A stretch of 64,000 nt of DNA from the human T2T-CHM13v2.0 reference genome, Homo sapiens, in assembly GCF_009914755.1 (NCBI RefSeq), contig NC_060940.1. One strand, 5' to 3'. The notes beneath the pieces were generated by a model that made no database searches, had not been told where the DNA came from, and saw nothing but the letters and a program-made list of their open reading frames with translations. The translations under genes and the position numbers were made by a program. Shown here piece after piece: positions 22,071-40,012 of this stretch (position 1 is the first letter of the stretch; the number at the start of each line of letters is the position of its first letter).

Positions 22071-22790
22071 TTGGAGATGGAGTCTCGCTCTGTCGCCCAG
22101 TCTGGAGTGTAGTGGCACTATCTCGGCTCACTGCAACCTCTTCCAGGTTCAAGCGATTCTCCTGCCTCAGCCTCCTGAGTAGCTGGGATTACAGGCGCCT
22201 ACCATAACGCCTGGCTAATTTTTGTATTTTTAGTAGAGACAGGGTTTTGCCATGTTGGCCAGGCTGGTCTCCGACTCCTGACCTCAGGTGATCCGTCCAC
22301 CTTGGCCTCAAAAAGTGCTGGGATTACAGGCGTGAACCACCGCGCCCAGCTGTAAGTTTCTTTGATCAATCGAATGTGGCAGAGGGACATGGTGCTAGTT
22401 CCTGGCCTAGGCCTCAAGAGGTCTTGTCTATTTCTTATTGTTCTCTTAGAAGGCCACTGCTACCATGTGAACGGCTCACCTGCTGGGGGATGAGCGATCA
22501 CATGGCTCCTTCAACCCTGTCCCCAGAGCCGCCAGCCAGCCGACTGGGAGATATGGGAATGAGGACATCCTAGACCAGCCTCCTCACCTCCTCCCCAGTG
22601 CCCGAATAGACCTGACCACTGACTGATGGAAACACTCAAGTGAACTAGCCAAGATCAGCAGGTCCTGGCCCAGATCAGCAGAACCACCCGGCTGGCCCAT
22701 AGACTCTGAGCAATAATAGACAGATACTTCGTGTTTTAAGCCACTGAGTTAGAGGTGGTTTATTGTTCAGCAACAACTAACTGATATGGA
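21893..22790 (+). mobile_element. MLT1 (F/G-like) LTR interrupted by an antisense Alu (~22040-22349)
   Basis: MaLR terminal TGTTTTAAGCCACTGAG...CAGCAACAACTAACTGATA. Confidence 0.7.
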
Positions 22791-23059
22791 TGCCTAGGAA
22801 AATCTGGCATAAAAAGGCTGCCACTGCAGTAAATAGAAGCAGTTCATTTTTCTGTTTGTTTGTTTGCTTGTTTAGAGATGGGGTCTTGCCCTGTTGCCCA
22901 GGCTGGAGTACAGTGTCACCATTATAGCTCACTGCAGATTCAAACTCATGGGCTCAAAAGATCCTCCCACCTTAGCTTCCCAAGTAGCTAGGACTACAGG
23001 CATGCACCACCATGCATTGCTAACTTTTTCAATTTGTATTTTTTTTTGGTCAAGACAGG

Positions 23060-23284
23060 ATTTTGCTTGCAAGAAAACAAGCTCAGGGCTCCCACTGATT
23101 CTACATTATGACAAGTTGTATAATTATTTCATTATGTATTACAATAATAAAAAGAAAAATAAAGTGCACAATAAATGTCATGTACTTGAATCATCCAAAC
23201 ACCATCCTCCCCCCACACCCAGCCCATGAAAAAATTGTCTTCCATGAAACTGGTTCCTGGTGCCAAAAAGTTGGGGACTGCTGG
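23060..23284. mobile_element. MER1-like hAT-Charlie element (partial)
   Basis: GAAAACAAGCTCAGGGCTCCCACTGATTCTACATTATG...GGTGCCAAAAAGTTGGGGACTGCTG. Confidence 0.85.
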
Positions 23285-23455
23285 ATTAGGGACTCAGTAG
23301 ACTTCCTCTGACATCTCATTGGCCAGAATAATGTCACATGACCATTCTTAGCTGCAAGGGAAGCTGGGAAAGAGAGCCTGGCACATGGCATACAGCAGCC
23401 CTGAGCAGTAGATGAAGAAAGAATGAGTATAGTGGGTAAATAAGAGTCTGTCAGA

Positions 23456-23752
23456 GGCCAGGCATGGCAGCTCACACCTGTAATCCCAGCACTTTGGGAG
23501 GCTGAGGCAGGTGGATCACCTGAGGTCAGGACTTTGAGACCAGCCTGACCAACCTGGCAAAACCCCATCTCTACTAAAAATACAAAAATTAGCCAGGCAT
23601 GGTAGCGTGCACCTGTAGTCCCAGCTACTCAGGAGGCTGAGATGGGAGAATTGCTTGAACCCAGGAGGCAGAGGTTGCAGTGAACCGAGATAAGCACCAT
23701 TGCACTCTAGCCTGTGTGACAGAGTGAGACTCCATCTCGAAGAAAAAAAAAA
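23456..23752 (+). mobile_element. AluS
   Basis: Full sense dimer. Confidence 0.92.
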
Positions 23753-24914
23753 GTCTGCCAGAGAAATACCACAAACACACAGCTGAAGACTCTGTCAAAG
23801 AAGTGAGAAGTAATTAGAGAATTTACCATTCTGTAATTATTCAGTTAATACTTGCGTACTTGCGTTAAGTTTTAGGATTTAGTAAATGCCCCATAAGTGT
23901 TAGGATTGACATCTCAGCTCCACCTGTCACTGGGTGTATTCTTCTGGGCAAATCAATTAACCTGTCTGGACATCAATCCCTTCATTTGCAAAATGAAGGA
24001 GATAATCTCTCCTCTTATAGGTTCCTTGGAAGAGTCAAAAAGTAAAATGGAGAAACTGAGAAGTGTTATCTAAATGTCGACTGTGTTCTTTTAGGAATGC
24101 ACCAGCATTTCTGGAACCACAGGAAGGTGAGTCCATTTCTTAAGGAATCACTCTTAGGCACTCTGCCGGATGTCTCCCTGCCACCAAACTTCCTTTCCCA
24201 CAGGACTGTGAATGGGTCTGCGGTTGTGACTTTTTGTTGTAGTTGCGTCCCCAGAAGAGAGATACAGTGAGAGCATCAACCACATGCTTATCTCATTCTT
24301 ACTTCTAAAGTGTGTCATCTTTCTCCCCAGTCTGATTTTCATTGCTTGAGTTCCTGGGCAGAAAGCTTAGGCTAGTTGTTCTCAATCCTGGCTTCATAAC
24401 AATGGGTAAGGGGCTTTGTAAAAATACTCATGCTTGGGACCCCACCTAAGACCAGAGAGATCAGAACTTAGGAGGATGCAGCTAAGGCATGGGAGCTGTT
24501 TACATCTCCCTGGACAATTTTAGAGTGCAGCTGGGGTTGTGAACCAGTGACCTAGGTCAGATGGCCCTTCTGGAACCTGCAGTGCTCAGTAGAGTACCTG
24601 CAATCTCTCCACTAGATGTTGTGGAAGCACCAGCTGGTTTGCATGAGGTTTGCTACGTGGCTGAGACAGAAAGGTTAAGGGTGGTGATGGTGGTGCTGGG
24701 GGACCAAATCCTAGGAGAGAGCTCTTCAGCTGAGAGACACAAGGCAAAATATAATTGCTAAGTGGGCAATGGGGCTTCATCCATTTGGCAGTTCCCCTTT
24801 TCCCCAACCCCAAGGAGAAGGAAACAGTTAAACCAAAAAAAGAGGCATCAGAGTCATCCTGAAACTTCTCAGTAATGAAACGCCTCAATATTCAGAGGGA
24901 GAGTGCCCTGTTCT

Positions 24915-25195
24915 TTCTTGCTCTGTCGCCCAGGCTGGAGTGCAGTGGGGCAGTCATAGCTCACTGCAGCCTGAAATCCTGGGCTGAAGCAATCCTCCTG
25001 CCTCAGGTTCCTGAGTAATTGGGACTCCAGGTGCTGCCACAACGCCTGGCTTTTTATTTTATTTTATTTTTATTTTTAAAGATGGGGGTCTTACTCGGTT
25101 GCCCATAATGTTCTCAAATTCCTGGCCTCAAGGGATACTCCATCTCGGCCTCCCAAAGTACTAGGATTACAGGTGTGAGCCACCATGCCTGGCTG
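24915..25195 (-). mobile_element. AluJ-like element
   Basis: Antisense dimer. Confidence 0.88.
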
Positions 25196-25976
25196 CCCCA
25201 CTTCTTTTAATCTTGTAGCCTGCAGATAACATATGTCAGATACAGCCTGTCTTCACAAAATGCTGGCTCTTTTCATGAATATTCAATGGTTTTGCCTACA
25301 TTATCTCAATCTCTCTCCCCAACTCATCTTTAGGTGTAGTGGCTGGCACTTAAAAAAAATAAAGTCTATCAAGACACCTTCTAATGAAGCCAGGGAAAAA
25401 AAAGACCCCTAGGAGTCCCACTGCGTGCCAGACTCAGGCTAAATGCTTTTAAGGACCAAATCTCTCAAATGATTTTTATCTTCATGGTTTATTCAATCAT
25501 TAGTCTCCTCAAATTAGCAGCTATGCCTCTGATGGGCAACTGTCGATCCTTATCAAAATGAAAGCATTAAAACATATTTCAACCTTGGAGACAAATGGTT
25601 GTGGCATTTGAAGAAGAGAAGCCTTCAGGATCTTGCATGGCAGAAAACTGCAGGCTAGAAACCCTGCTCCAGATTTTAAGCAATGGACTTGTGATGATTC
25701 TTTTTTCTCTGATAAATACCTGGTTTTCAAAAGCAGTCTAATTAGTATGGATCTCCACTTTGCAAGGCTTAAAAGTGTATTTGGGCTTCCTCTCACTAAA
25801 CCAGTCTCGTGGGACCACCCAGAGTCTAAGCTCTCCCCTTCCAGATGCTGAATATGCATGAGTAACCCTCTATCTCCCAGTCCCCTGCAGTTAGGCAGGG
25901 CCAAGTGACTGGTTCACCAATGGGCAAGGAGCAAAAGTGATGTGTGCACGATCCTACAGAGGCAATAAAAGCCATG

Positions 25977-26822
<846 letters not shown>

Positions 26823-27052
26823 CCAGGATGCTGAAGAGAGTGCCTATCATAACCCCATTTTGGAAGACCCCATTGGGACCCTACTGAATAATGATTGAAT
26901 GCTAACTATGTGCCAGGCCCTGTGCTGGCACAGGGGATAATAGAGTGGTTAGCAGAGCAAACACCATCTTATTGGCCTGCAGTTTACAGTCTGCTGGAAG
27001 AGGCAGCCACTTGCCAATAAGCACGCCAGTGAGCACTAAATAACTAACAGAG

Positions 27053-27419
<367 letters not shown>

Positions 27420-28128
27420 CTAGTGCAGCATGGGGGAATTAGGGAAGGCTTCTCTGAAATCTTGAAGCTCAGCACACTAGCCCATGGGGGTCTGTTTCAG
27501 GGTGTCACCTTCGGGAGCACTTACAGAGTGAAGCTCTGTGACAAATGCTGGACACACACAGTTCTCCTTTGATCATTGCAATAGTCCTAGGAGGTAATAC
27601 TATTATAATAGGAGCCCCAATGTACAGAGGTGGAAACTGAGGCTCAGAGGGACGAGATCATATGCCCCCAGGGCATTTAATAAGGAAGTGCAAACAGGGA
27701 TTTGAACCCTCATCTGCTGACTCCAAAATTAACGCTCACTGCATTTCCTTGGCCCTTGCAAAGCCAGCCAAGGAAGTTAGTCATACAGGAAGTAGCCCCT
27801 CAGAAGTCCCACAGCAGGAGATCAAAATGAAACAAGCAAGCAGATGTTTACAAGCTGCCTGGAAAAGCCACCCACCACAAGAGCAGGGAATCATTCTCCC
27901 TCTACCCCAACCCCTCCTTCAAAGCTCCTAAAAAGCTTCCTTTTTCATTTTTACAGAGTCCCCTCTCCACCCCCTTTTCCCCCAGAGGACTGACTTCATC
28001 CTTTCAGCAGATGGGAAGGCGTGGGCTGCCGGCCCTACAGTAGCACAATCACCAATGATGACTTCCCTCCAATCTTAACCCAGATGAAAATGACAGAGAC
28101 ACACCAGCTCTTTCTTCTCTTGGCTTTT

Positions 28129-28185
28129 CCCGAAGCTTCCCTTTCCATTAGGCCACTGGGGGTTGGCGCCCGAAGCTTCCCTTTC
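28129..28185 (+). repeat. 17-bp direct repeat CCCGAAGCTTCCCTTTC, two copies, 40-bp period
   Basis: Exact copies at 28129-28145 and 28169-28185. Confidence 0.9.
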
Positions 28186-29425
28186 TCACCAGAATAGAAG
28201 CAGGAAGTCTTGGGGTAGCTGCGTTGAAATGTTGGCTGGTACGAGCATGTTGTTTTGTTTTTATAGAAGGACTAAACAGATCCCCCACACAGACACAGTA
28301 CACATTGAGAGGCATGATTCCCATATAGATACACATGTGCACACATGCACGCATAGATATACATGCTTGTGAGTCACACACATTCACTCATAGCTAACAC
28401 TTGTATAGCACTTACTGTGTTCCAGACAGTATCCTAGGTCAGGGCAAACTGTGGACCATGGACCAAATCCTGCCTGCAGCCTCTTCGTGTAAATAAATTT
28501 TATTGGAACACAGCGGCTCTGTGTTTAGAGAGAGTCAGGCCAAGGAACAAGTGACCCAGATAGGTCAGAAAGTGACTCTGGGAATCTAGAAGGGTGTGAG
28601 CCAGGCCTGGATTGGTTTTGCAAGAATGAAAATGGCTTTCTTGTTTGTTTGTTTGTTTATCATAGAAGTGATATATGCTCACTGTAAAAAGTTCAAGTAT
28701 ACAGAAATGTCTAGGAAAGAAGTAAAGATCTTTGGACACCCCTAGAAACTCAGGCCAAAGCTTCCCCATTTAGCAATCAGGAGTGGGAGAGAGGGGTTGC
28801 CCATCCACCCCTGCCTATCCCTTCAGGACAAAAACATCAATTCCCATGACCTCATCTGCCTGCCTTGAGACAGTGGGTGTTGGGGACAATGGCAGGATGT
28901 GGACTTCCAATGTAGCAATCTGACATCAGCCTTAGCCTGGAGCTGGGTAGTGCCCATGATCAAAGCCCCTGGAAGGGACCAGTTCAGCTTGTATCAGAGC
29001 CATCCTTGGGGTGACTAATAATAATGATTTTGATTGAACATTCACTACTACCAGACACCACTCAAAAGATGAAATTAACTCATTGAATCCTTGTGACCAT
29101 CCTAGGAGTTAGGTACCCTAATGCTCTTCTTACAGAAGATGAAGCAGGCTCAGAGAGGTAAAGTAATTTCCCCAAGGTCACACAGCCAGGAAACAGCAGA
29201 GCCAGAACTGATGTCCCAGTGATCTTGTGCCAGAGCCATGTGCTCTTCCTCACAAGGCTGATGTGATGTTTGGAGGCTGGAGGCTGGAGTATTTAGAATC
29301 CTCAGTATACAATTGAGGAAATGAGGTTCTGAAAGTTTGAGTGACTTGCCTAAGGTCATACAGCCAACAAGCAGGAGCTCCAGGAAAGAAGTTCAGGGTC
29401 ATGTGACTTCAGAGCTGGTTCTTAG

Positions 29426-31515
<2,090 letters not shown>

Positions 31516-31823
31516 ATTTCAGCTGCTTATAAAACTGGGAAAATATCACATTCAAATCCAATTTTCTGTCTTTACTTGAAAAATAAGATCGGTCACACTG
31601 TGCCCATGTTCCCATGTGGCAGTGGCTAGGCAGGGGCTCAGGAGGGGCTGTCTGCTCCATCTCCAGTTCACATAGTCCTCATGAATCACAATCTATATGT
31701 GATATCCACCTGACTTGCTGGTTTATCTTGTCTGCCTGCCCCTGTAGGCATTTGAGTTTGTGACCCCTGACTCATTTTCTCTGAGCCTCAATTTCCTCAC
31801 TGACAAAATAGGGCTAATTTTAG

Positions 31824-32144
<321 letters not shown>

Positions 32145-32899
32145 TAGGCTTTTGCGAAGATGAGATGAGTTGCTAGATGCAAAGTGATATTTACAAGTCT
32201 CAGGAGTGAGGGCCACTGCTATCATTGTTACTGTTATTATCATTATCACCATCATTACCAGTATGGAAAGGAATTTGCCTTTTTTGGTGGTTGATCCAAA
32301 ATCAGAAGGAGAGAAAGCAGGGGAACAGCTCAGATGCTAGCAAGAGTTTCTAGAGTGTGTTCATGCCTGCGGATGACTTTTCTTTTCCGCCCAGGGACAG
32401 AGTTTCCGATGTTCATTTATTTAATCCCTCTTGGAAAGTGTTAGCAGCTCGTTGCATCTGTAAAGGATGGAGGTGCCTTTGATCACTTCAATCAACTCAC
32501 AGCTTCTCCCTTCCCAAAGGCAAGAGGCACCCTTGGCTTCCTCCTGCAAGGGCTCTGGGTACAAGCCTGAGCTTGCTGCCACCGTTAGTCTCCCACTGTG
32601 CTGGGGCTGAGGGAGGGGGCTGCCGGGCCCACGGTGGAGTTTGGGGGGATTTCAGGTTAACCCACAGTATATGGGAGGGTGGGTTTCTTTTCCTTTGTGC
32701 CGTCATTTTTCCAAGGCGGCAATCAAAGGAGAGCAACCTGTGGTATAATTCAAGGCTGGCAAAGAGACAGACAAAGATGATGGCAGAGGTGCCTCCCCTG
32801 CAGCCTGTGGATCCATACTGCACTCACGTCCTCACTCTGAAGGTGGCCTCCTATGAACACCTGCAGCTCAGGCCCGGGAGTTCTTATCTGTTTGTGACA

Positions 32900-33270
32900 G
32901 GACATTCCACCCACATGTAGGACAAGGCAGACATTGCTGGAGTGTTTGAGCCCCAGGGAGCAGCGCTCAACCAACCATGGATGGGACTGGTGGATAATCG
33001 CCCAGCTCCCTTCCCTTTCCATGGGACAGCTCTGGGATGCATGCTTTGCCCTGGCCCCAGCAGAGCTGAACCTCAGTTGCCACCTGCCCCCCAGCCCCCT
33101 CCGTAGGAACATGCCTGGGGACACACCCTTCCTTGGCTGCCTTCCCGTTCCCATCCCTGTCTCTCACTGTCCCCTCCCTCCTGGTGTTTCCTGAATCACT
33201 GTGCAAATAAACTACTCACACCCCAGCTCCTGTTTCAGGGTCCACTTCTTGAGGGGTGTAAGCTAATCAG
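32900..33270 (+). mobile_element. LTR16-like ERVL solo LTR
   Basis: CCAACCATGG...GGTGGATAATCGCCCAGCTCC and AAATAAACTACTCACAC...CAGGGTCCACTTCT. Confidence 0.6.
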
Positions 33271-34767
33271 TCTGTGCAGTTTGGTTCTGGAGGTCACTGA
33301 AAAGACTCACTCCTCCCTCTTTCTACCCTGAAGACGGAAAGCTCCCTTTCCCCATCCAGATGTGAACTCTGACTGCAGTGAAGTGAGACCTTGGGTGGGG
33401 GGCAGGAGAGGGACCCAAGGGTTGACAAGAGTAAGGAATGGTAGAAGAAAGGGCTTGGGGTGCTCCAGTGTGCCCCGAGAACTGAGGAGGAGGCCCATGC
33501 CATACCCACAAACTTTTCATTAGTTAAGTGAAGTATGGATGGAATGATCTTTGGATGCCATTCGAGCCTGCTAGCCAAGTTGTTCCTGTCTGTACCACCC
33601 CACCCAGCCAGTGTACAGCAGGGAGTGGAGGTAGCAGTCATACAGTATGGTGGTTAGGAGCTCAAGCTCTGGGTTTAAATAAACCTGGGCTCAGCTGCTG
33701 GCTTTCCTACTCATAAGCTGTGTGATCTTTAGCAAGTCACTTAACCTCTCTGAGCCTCAGTTGATATTCCAGCAACACTGCAATGAGCCTTCCTGCACAT
33801 GTGCCCTTGGGCAACAGGCAGGAGCTTCTCTAGGACATATCCCTGGTGACCAGACGTGCTGAGTCGTAGGGTCTGGACAACTTCTGCATTTATTCATGAG
33901 GGCTGGTGCGCTTGGCAGTGATTAAAAACGTGGACTCACATCAGCAAGCGGTGTGTGCTTCTCGGGTGCTCTGATACATCCCTTACAAACACAAACGGAA
34001 TTACAGTATGCAATCAACTTGCTTTTTTTTTTTTCACCACGTATACGTATTGGAGATCTTTCCATATCTAGCCACCTCAATATGCCTCATTTTAAAAACC
34101 ATTTTATTGAATCATAATTATAGAAAATTGCATAGCAGGATGAACTTTTACAGTGTGAAAAACACTTGAGTAATCAGTACTGAAATCCAAAACCAGAATG
34201 TTACCTTTATTCCAGAACCCCCCTGCTGGTCCCTCCCCTCCCTCAACCACAACGGATTTATAAATATGTACTCTTGGCGTATGTGTGTCTAGCTTCTTTG
34301 GCTAAGAACTAGTTTATGAGATTTATGGATGTTGTTGCATGTAGTGACATTTTGGCAATGCCTGGAGACATTTTTGGTTGCCCCGACTTGCAGAGGGAAG
34401 TGCTACTGGCATCTTGTGGGTGGAGGCTTCAAAACGTCCTGTGATGCTCAGGACAGCCCCCACTACAAAAATAATCTGGCCCCCAAGTGTCAGTAGTGCC
34501 TAGCTTGGGAAATCCTGTTATACACTGTGTGAGGGACTTAGGGGTTTGTTCTAAGAGTACTGGAGAAACCACGGCCTTTGTTCAGCTTTTAAATACTGCA
34601 AACTATTTTCCAAAGTGGCTGTGTCCTCTTTCTTTGTGAATACCTGCATTCTTTCCCATCATGTGGGTGTATCATTTTACCAGTTCCCATCCATTAATTT
34701 TATATTGTTTCCAGTCTTTTGGCCATTACACCAGTGCCAAAATGAGAATCCTTGTAACAGTCTATAG

Positions 34768-34990
34768 CAGGCTTGTCCAACCCACAGCCTGTGGGCTGCA
34801 TGCAGCCCAGGATGGTTTTGAATGTGGCCCAACACAAATTTGTAAACTTTCTTAAAACATTATGAGATATATTTATTTATTTATTTTTAGCTCATCAGCT
34901 TTCATTAGTATTTGTGTATTTTATGTGTGGCCCAAGACAATTCTTCTTCCAGTGTGGCCCAGGGAAGCCAAAAGATTGAACACCCATGGT
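34768..34990. mobile_element. MER30 hAT element
   Basis: CTTGTCCAACCCACAGCC...CCAGGGAAGCCAAAAGATTGAACACCC. Confidence 0.85.
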
Positions 34991-35012
34991 CTACAGTATT
35001 TGGAAAGAATAT

Positions 35013-35444
<432 letters not shown>

Positions 35445-37638
35445 TCATTCCCTGCATGTTTAATATTGAACTTGCTTGCAGAAATAGCTCTCATCATCTT
35501 GGCTTCTGCCCAGGCTTCACATCTCGTGCATGTGGACACACGATCTGGAAAGATAAACAGGAAATCCCTCCCGGCATGGGAAAATGGAGGAGGCCTCTGT
35601 TCCTCTGAGAGCTGGGACTCAAAAAAGCTAAGTGTCAGCCTGGGTGGGGCCAAGGGGACTCCCTGCCTGCAAACAGGACTGGGCAGCTCTGGGGAAGATG
35701 TTGCAATTTTTTTTTTCCTCTAAATGCTTCATGTGAACTAATTCCACTTTGAAATTAATCTCTGGCATCTAGTTGCCTTCTATTTTTTTCTTTAAAACAA
35801 TATTTTAACCTAAATTTATAGATCTGGACCTGCCTCTGTGCCTTTTATCTTTGTCTAAAATTCAAGTAATGGGTAATACTTTGATTTCAAATGCATTAAA
35901 CTATAACCACATGATATGTATTGATCATTTTTAACCTCGCCTGTTTTTCAAGCAGCTAGATTTAACAATTTCTCTAAAGTTAACTCTAAATGTTACAGGA
36001 ACAGTAAAGTCAATAGAACAGAAATTTAAAAATACATATCATATAAAGGAAGGCTAAACCCAGATTCATGCAGTTACTCTTAATAAGAATTAGATTTAGC
36101 TCTGAGCTTTCTGGCAAAGCAATAAGGAAAACGCAATGCATCACCCAATATCTTGTTTTCTTGTCAAAGGAAAACTGCACATCTTTAGCTGAGATAATTA
36201 TTTTCTTGATCTTAAGTTCTGAAATCAGCAGATGTGAACATTTAAAATTTATCCTTCCGGTCTATGTTTTCATCTCTGCTCTTCTTACTTACCCTGGATG
36301 GAATATAGGTGCCATGTTGTCACCCCTGTACTGAATTGATAGCTGCCTGGTTGACCGCTTTCTATGTGCCTGGCACTAGGCTGTGTGCTTTACCCTTGGA
36401 ATATCAACTGTTATTATCCCACGTTACTGCTACAGGAATCGAGGTTCAGAGAGGTTAAGTAACAGCCTCCAACTCATACTTGGCAAGTACTGGAGTTGAC
36501 AGGTAGGCAGGGCAGGGATTTTTGTCCTCTGAGAAAGAAAATAACTTGTCCAACTTCACACAGCTGGAAAACGCCAAAGCTGGGATTCAAACTAGAGAAT
36601 TTAGAGATCTTACATGTCTTTAGTACCTACTAAATGCCAGGACACTTTGAGGAATGATGAGGAAGTGTAGGTCAAGGTTAAGAGAGTAGCTGACAGATCT
36701 GGGCTCAGTTCTGCCTCTTAATTGACCCTGGGCAATTTCTTAATGCCTCTGAACCTCTGTTTATTCACCTGCAAAATGGGTAGATTATAGCCTAACCTCA
36801 GAGGGTGTTATGGGAATTCGGTGAGTTGATGCCTGGGGAGGATTTAGCACAGAGCCTAATGAGGAGGGTGCCCATCAATGTCAGCTCCCATCAATGTCAA
36901 CATCTTGCTGGTCAATATCAGCAAGAATCCTCGATGAGGCAAAAATCACCAGCTCTGTGCTTCAGGTGGAATCTATTTCTCTTTCTTCTCCTTTCTTCTT
37001 TCTTCTCCCCAGCCCTGCACTCCCCCAGCTCTCTGATCATCCTGAAGGGCTGAAGAAAACAACCAGGGAAAAGCTGGAGTTTAATAAATAAGCTCCCTTC
37101 GAAATGACCAGAGGGCCCCAGGCATGAGCTGTCTGCAGTGGTTTTCACAGCAAGCTTCACAGCAATACCTTAGGTTTTTATTTATATTACATTTCCCTGT
37201 TTACAAAGCCCTCATCTGCCTGCCAGTTACCTCCCTGAACTTCTCCTGCAGTTCTGAGAGGGGGCAGGGATTTCCATTCCCATTGAAAGGAGGTCCAGAG
37301 AGGTTAGTGACTTCCCCCAAAGTCACCCAGCAGAGCAGAACTCACATCTTCTGCCTCTAAGTTCAGAGATTTCTTCATAGCATCCCGCTGCAGGACAGCA
37401 GTTAATGAAACCGTTTCCGGAAATAATTAAGAGTTAGAGCTGGGAAAAACATATTTTGAATTGGCCAAGAGGGAATTGAAAAACTGCACATGTCAAATCT
37501 CTGTTTTTTTCTCCTGATGTGGCTTTTTGCCCCTCATCCCCTGTTCCTTTTGTCCCATGTTTCTCTGACTGCCTTCACTCTCTCACACATAAGCAAAGCA
37601 GCAGACTGGTTCATTCATTCATTCACTCATTCATTCAC

Positions 37639-38020
37639 TGTTATGGACTGAATTACATTCCCTAAAATTTCTATGTTGATATTTTAAACCCCAATGTCTC
37701 AGAATTGTGACTGTATTTGGAGATAGAACATTTAAAAGGTAATTAATGTAAAATGAGGTCACATGGTTGGGCCCTAATCCAATATGACTGGTGTCCTCAT
37801 AAGAATAGACTAGGACTCAGACAGTACAGGAGCAAGGGACGACCATGTGAGGACACAGCGGGACGGTGGCCACCTGCAAGCCCCAGAGAGAGACCTCAGG
37901 AGAAACCAAACCTGCCGACACCTTGATCTCAGACTTCCAGCCTCCAGAGCTATGAGAAATAAGTGTCTTCTGGGTAAGGCACCCAGGCTGTGATATTTAC
38001 TTACGGCTGCCAGGACACTT
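37639..38020 (+). mobile_element. MLT1B-like LTR
   Basis: TGTTATGGACTGAATT...GGGCCCTAATCCAATATGACTGGTGTCCT. Confidence 0.82.
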
Positions 38021-38217
38021 CTTATTCCTTCGGATATACTTTTATACACATCTCACTTCCTGAAGATCTTGGCTGAACTGTCACCCAGCGAGGCTTCCCT
38101 GACACCTTCTTTAAAATTGCAATCACACTGCCCACCTTGTTTCATACTCCCAAATTTCCTCATCTGCTTCATTTTTCTCATAGTACTGATCACTATCTGA
38201 ATACCCATATATTTGCT

Positions 38218-38263
38218 TATATATATACATATATATACCCACACACATATATATATACACATA

Positions 38264-38294
<31 letters not shown>

Positions 38295-38582
38295 TTTTTG
38301 GAGACAGAGTTTTGCTCTGTCACCCAGGCTGGAGTGCAGTGGTGCGATCTTGGCTCACCGCAAGCTCTGCCTCCTGGGTTCAAGTGATTCTCCTGCCCCA
38401 GCATCCTGAATAGCTGGGACTACAGGCGCCTGCCACCACGCCCAGCTGATTTTTGTATTTTTTAGTAGAGACAGGGTTTTGCCAAGTTGGAGAGCCTGGT
38501 CTCAACTCCTGACCTCAGGTGATCCGCCTGCCTCAGCCTCCCAAAGTGCTGGGATTACAGGCGTGAGCCACCACACCCAGCC
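38218..38582 (-). mobile_element. AluS with (TA)n tail inside an L2
   Basis: (TA)n at 38218-38286, then an antisense Alu; L2 end at ~38590-38760. Confidence 0.9.
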
Positions 38583-38925
38583 ACTTTTTTGTGTTTTCAT
38601 TTCCCCTGCCCCAACACTGGTAGATAATTATAATGAGGGCAGGGAGTGTCTGTCTGTTTTGTTCACTGTAATTAACGTACAGTGTTTGCATCTGTAGTGT
38701 CTAGAACAAGGTCTTGCTCACAGTAGGTAATTAATTAAGTGTACCTTGAATGAATGAAGTCGTGCACCCACTCATTCAAGCAACAAACAGTAATGGTGCT
38801 GTGGCTTAGTGCCAGGCACTACGCCGGGGGCTGGGATATACCTGGAGACTCATACTGGACTGGGAGATGCTAGATACCAGCGCCCACATCATACTCATGC
38901 TTGCAACTTCTGTGTCTATTCCAGG

Positions 38926-38980
38926 CTTGGCCTAGGGATTGCTGTATTTTTTCCTTGGCCTAGGGACTGCTGTATTTTTT
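38926..38980 (+). repeat. 28-bp tandem duplication
   Basis: CTTGGCCTAGGGA(T/C)TGCTGTATTTTTT twice. Confidence 0.9.
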
Positions 38981-38988
38981 TTTTCTGA

Positions 38989-40012
<1,024 letters not shown>

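Noticed and set aside
28129-28185. Repeat-spacer-repeat resembling CRISPR; CTCF-like CCACTGGGGG in the spacer
   Set aside because: Only two 17-bp copies, primate DNA and no cas genes; the CTCF match is weak (no GGC core in register).
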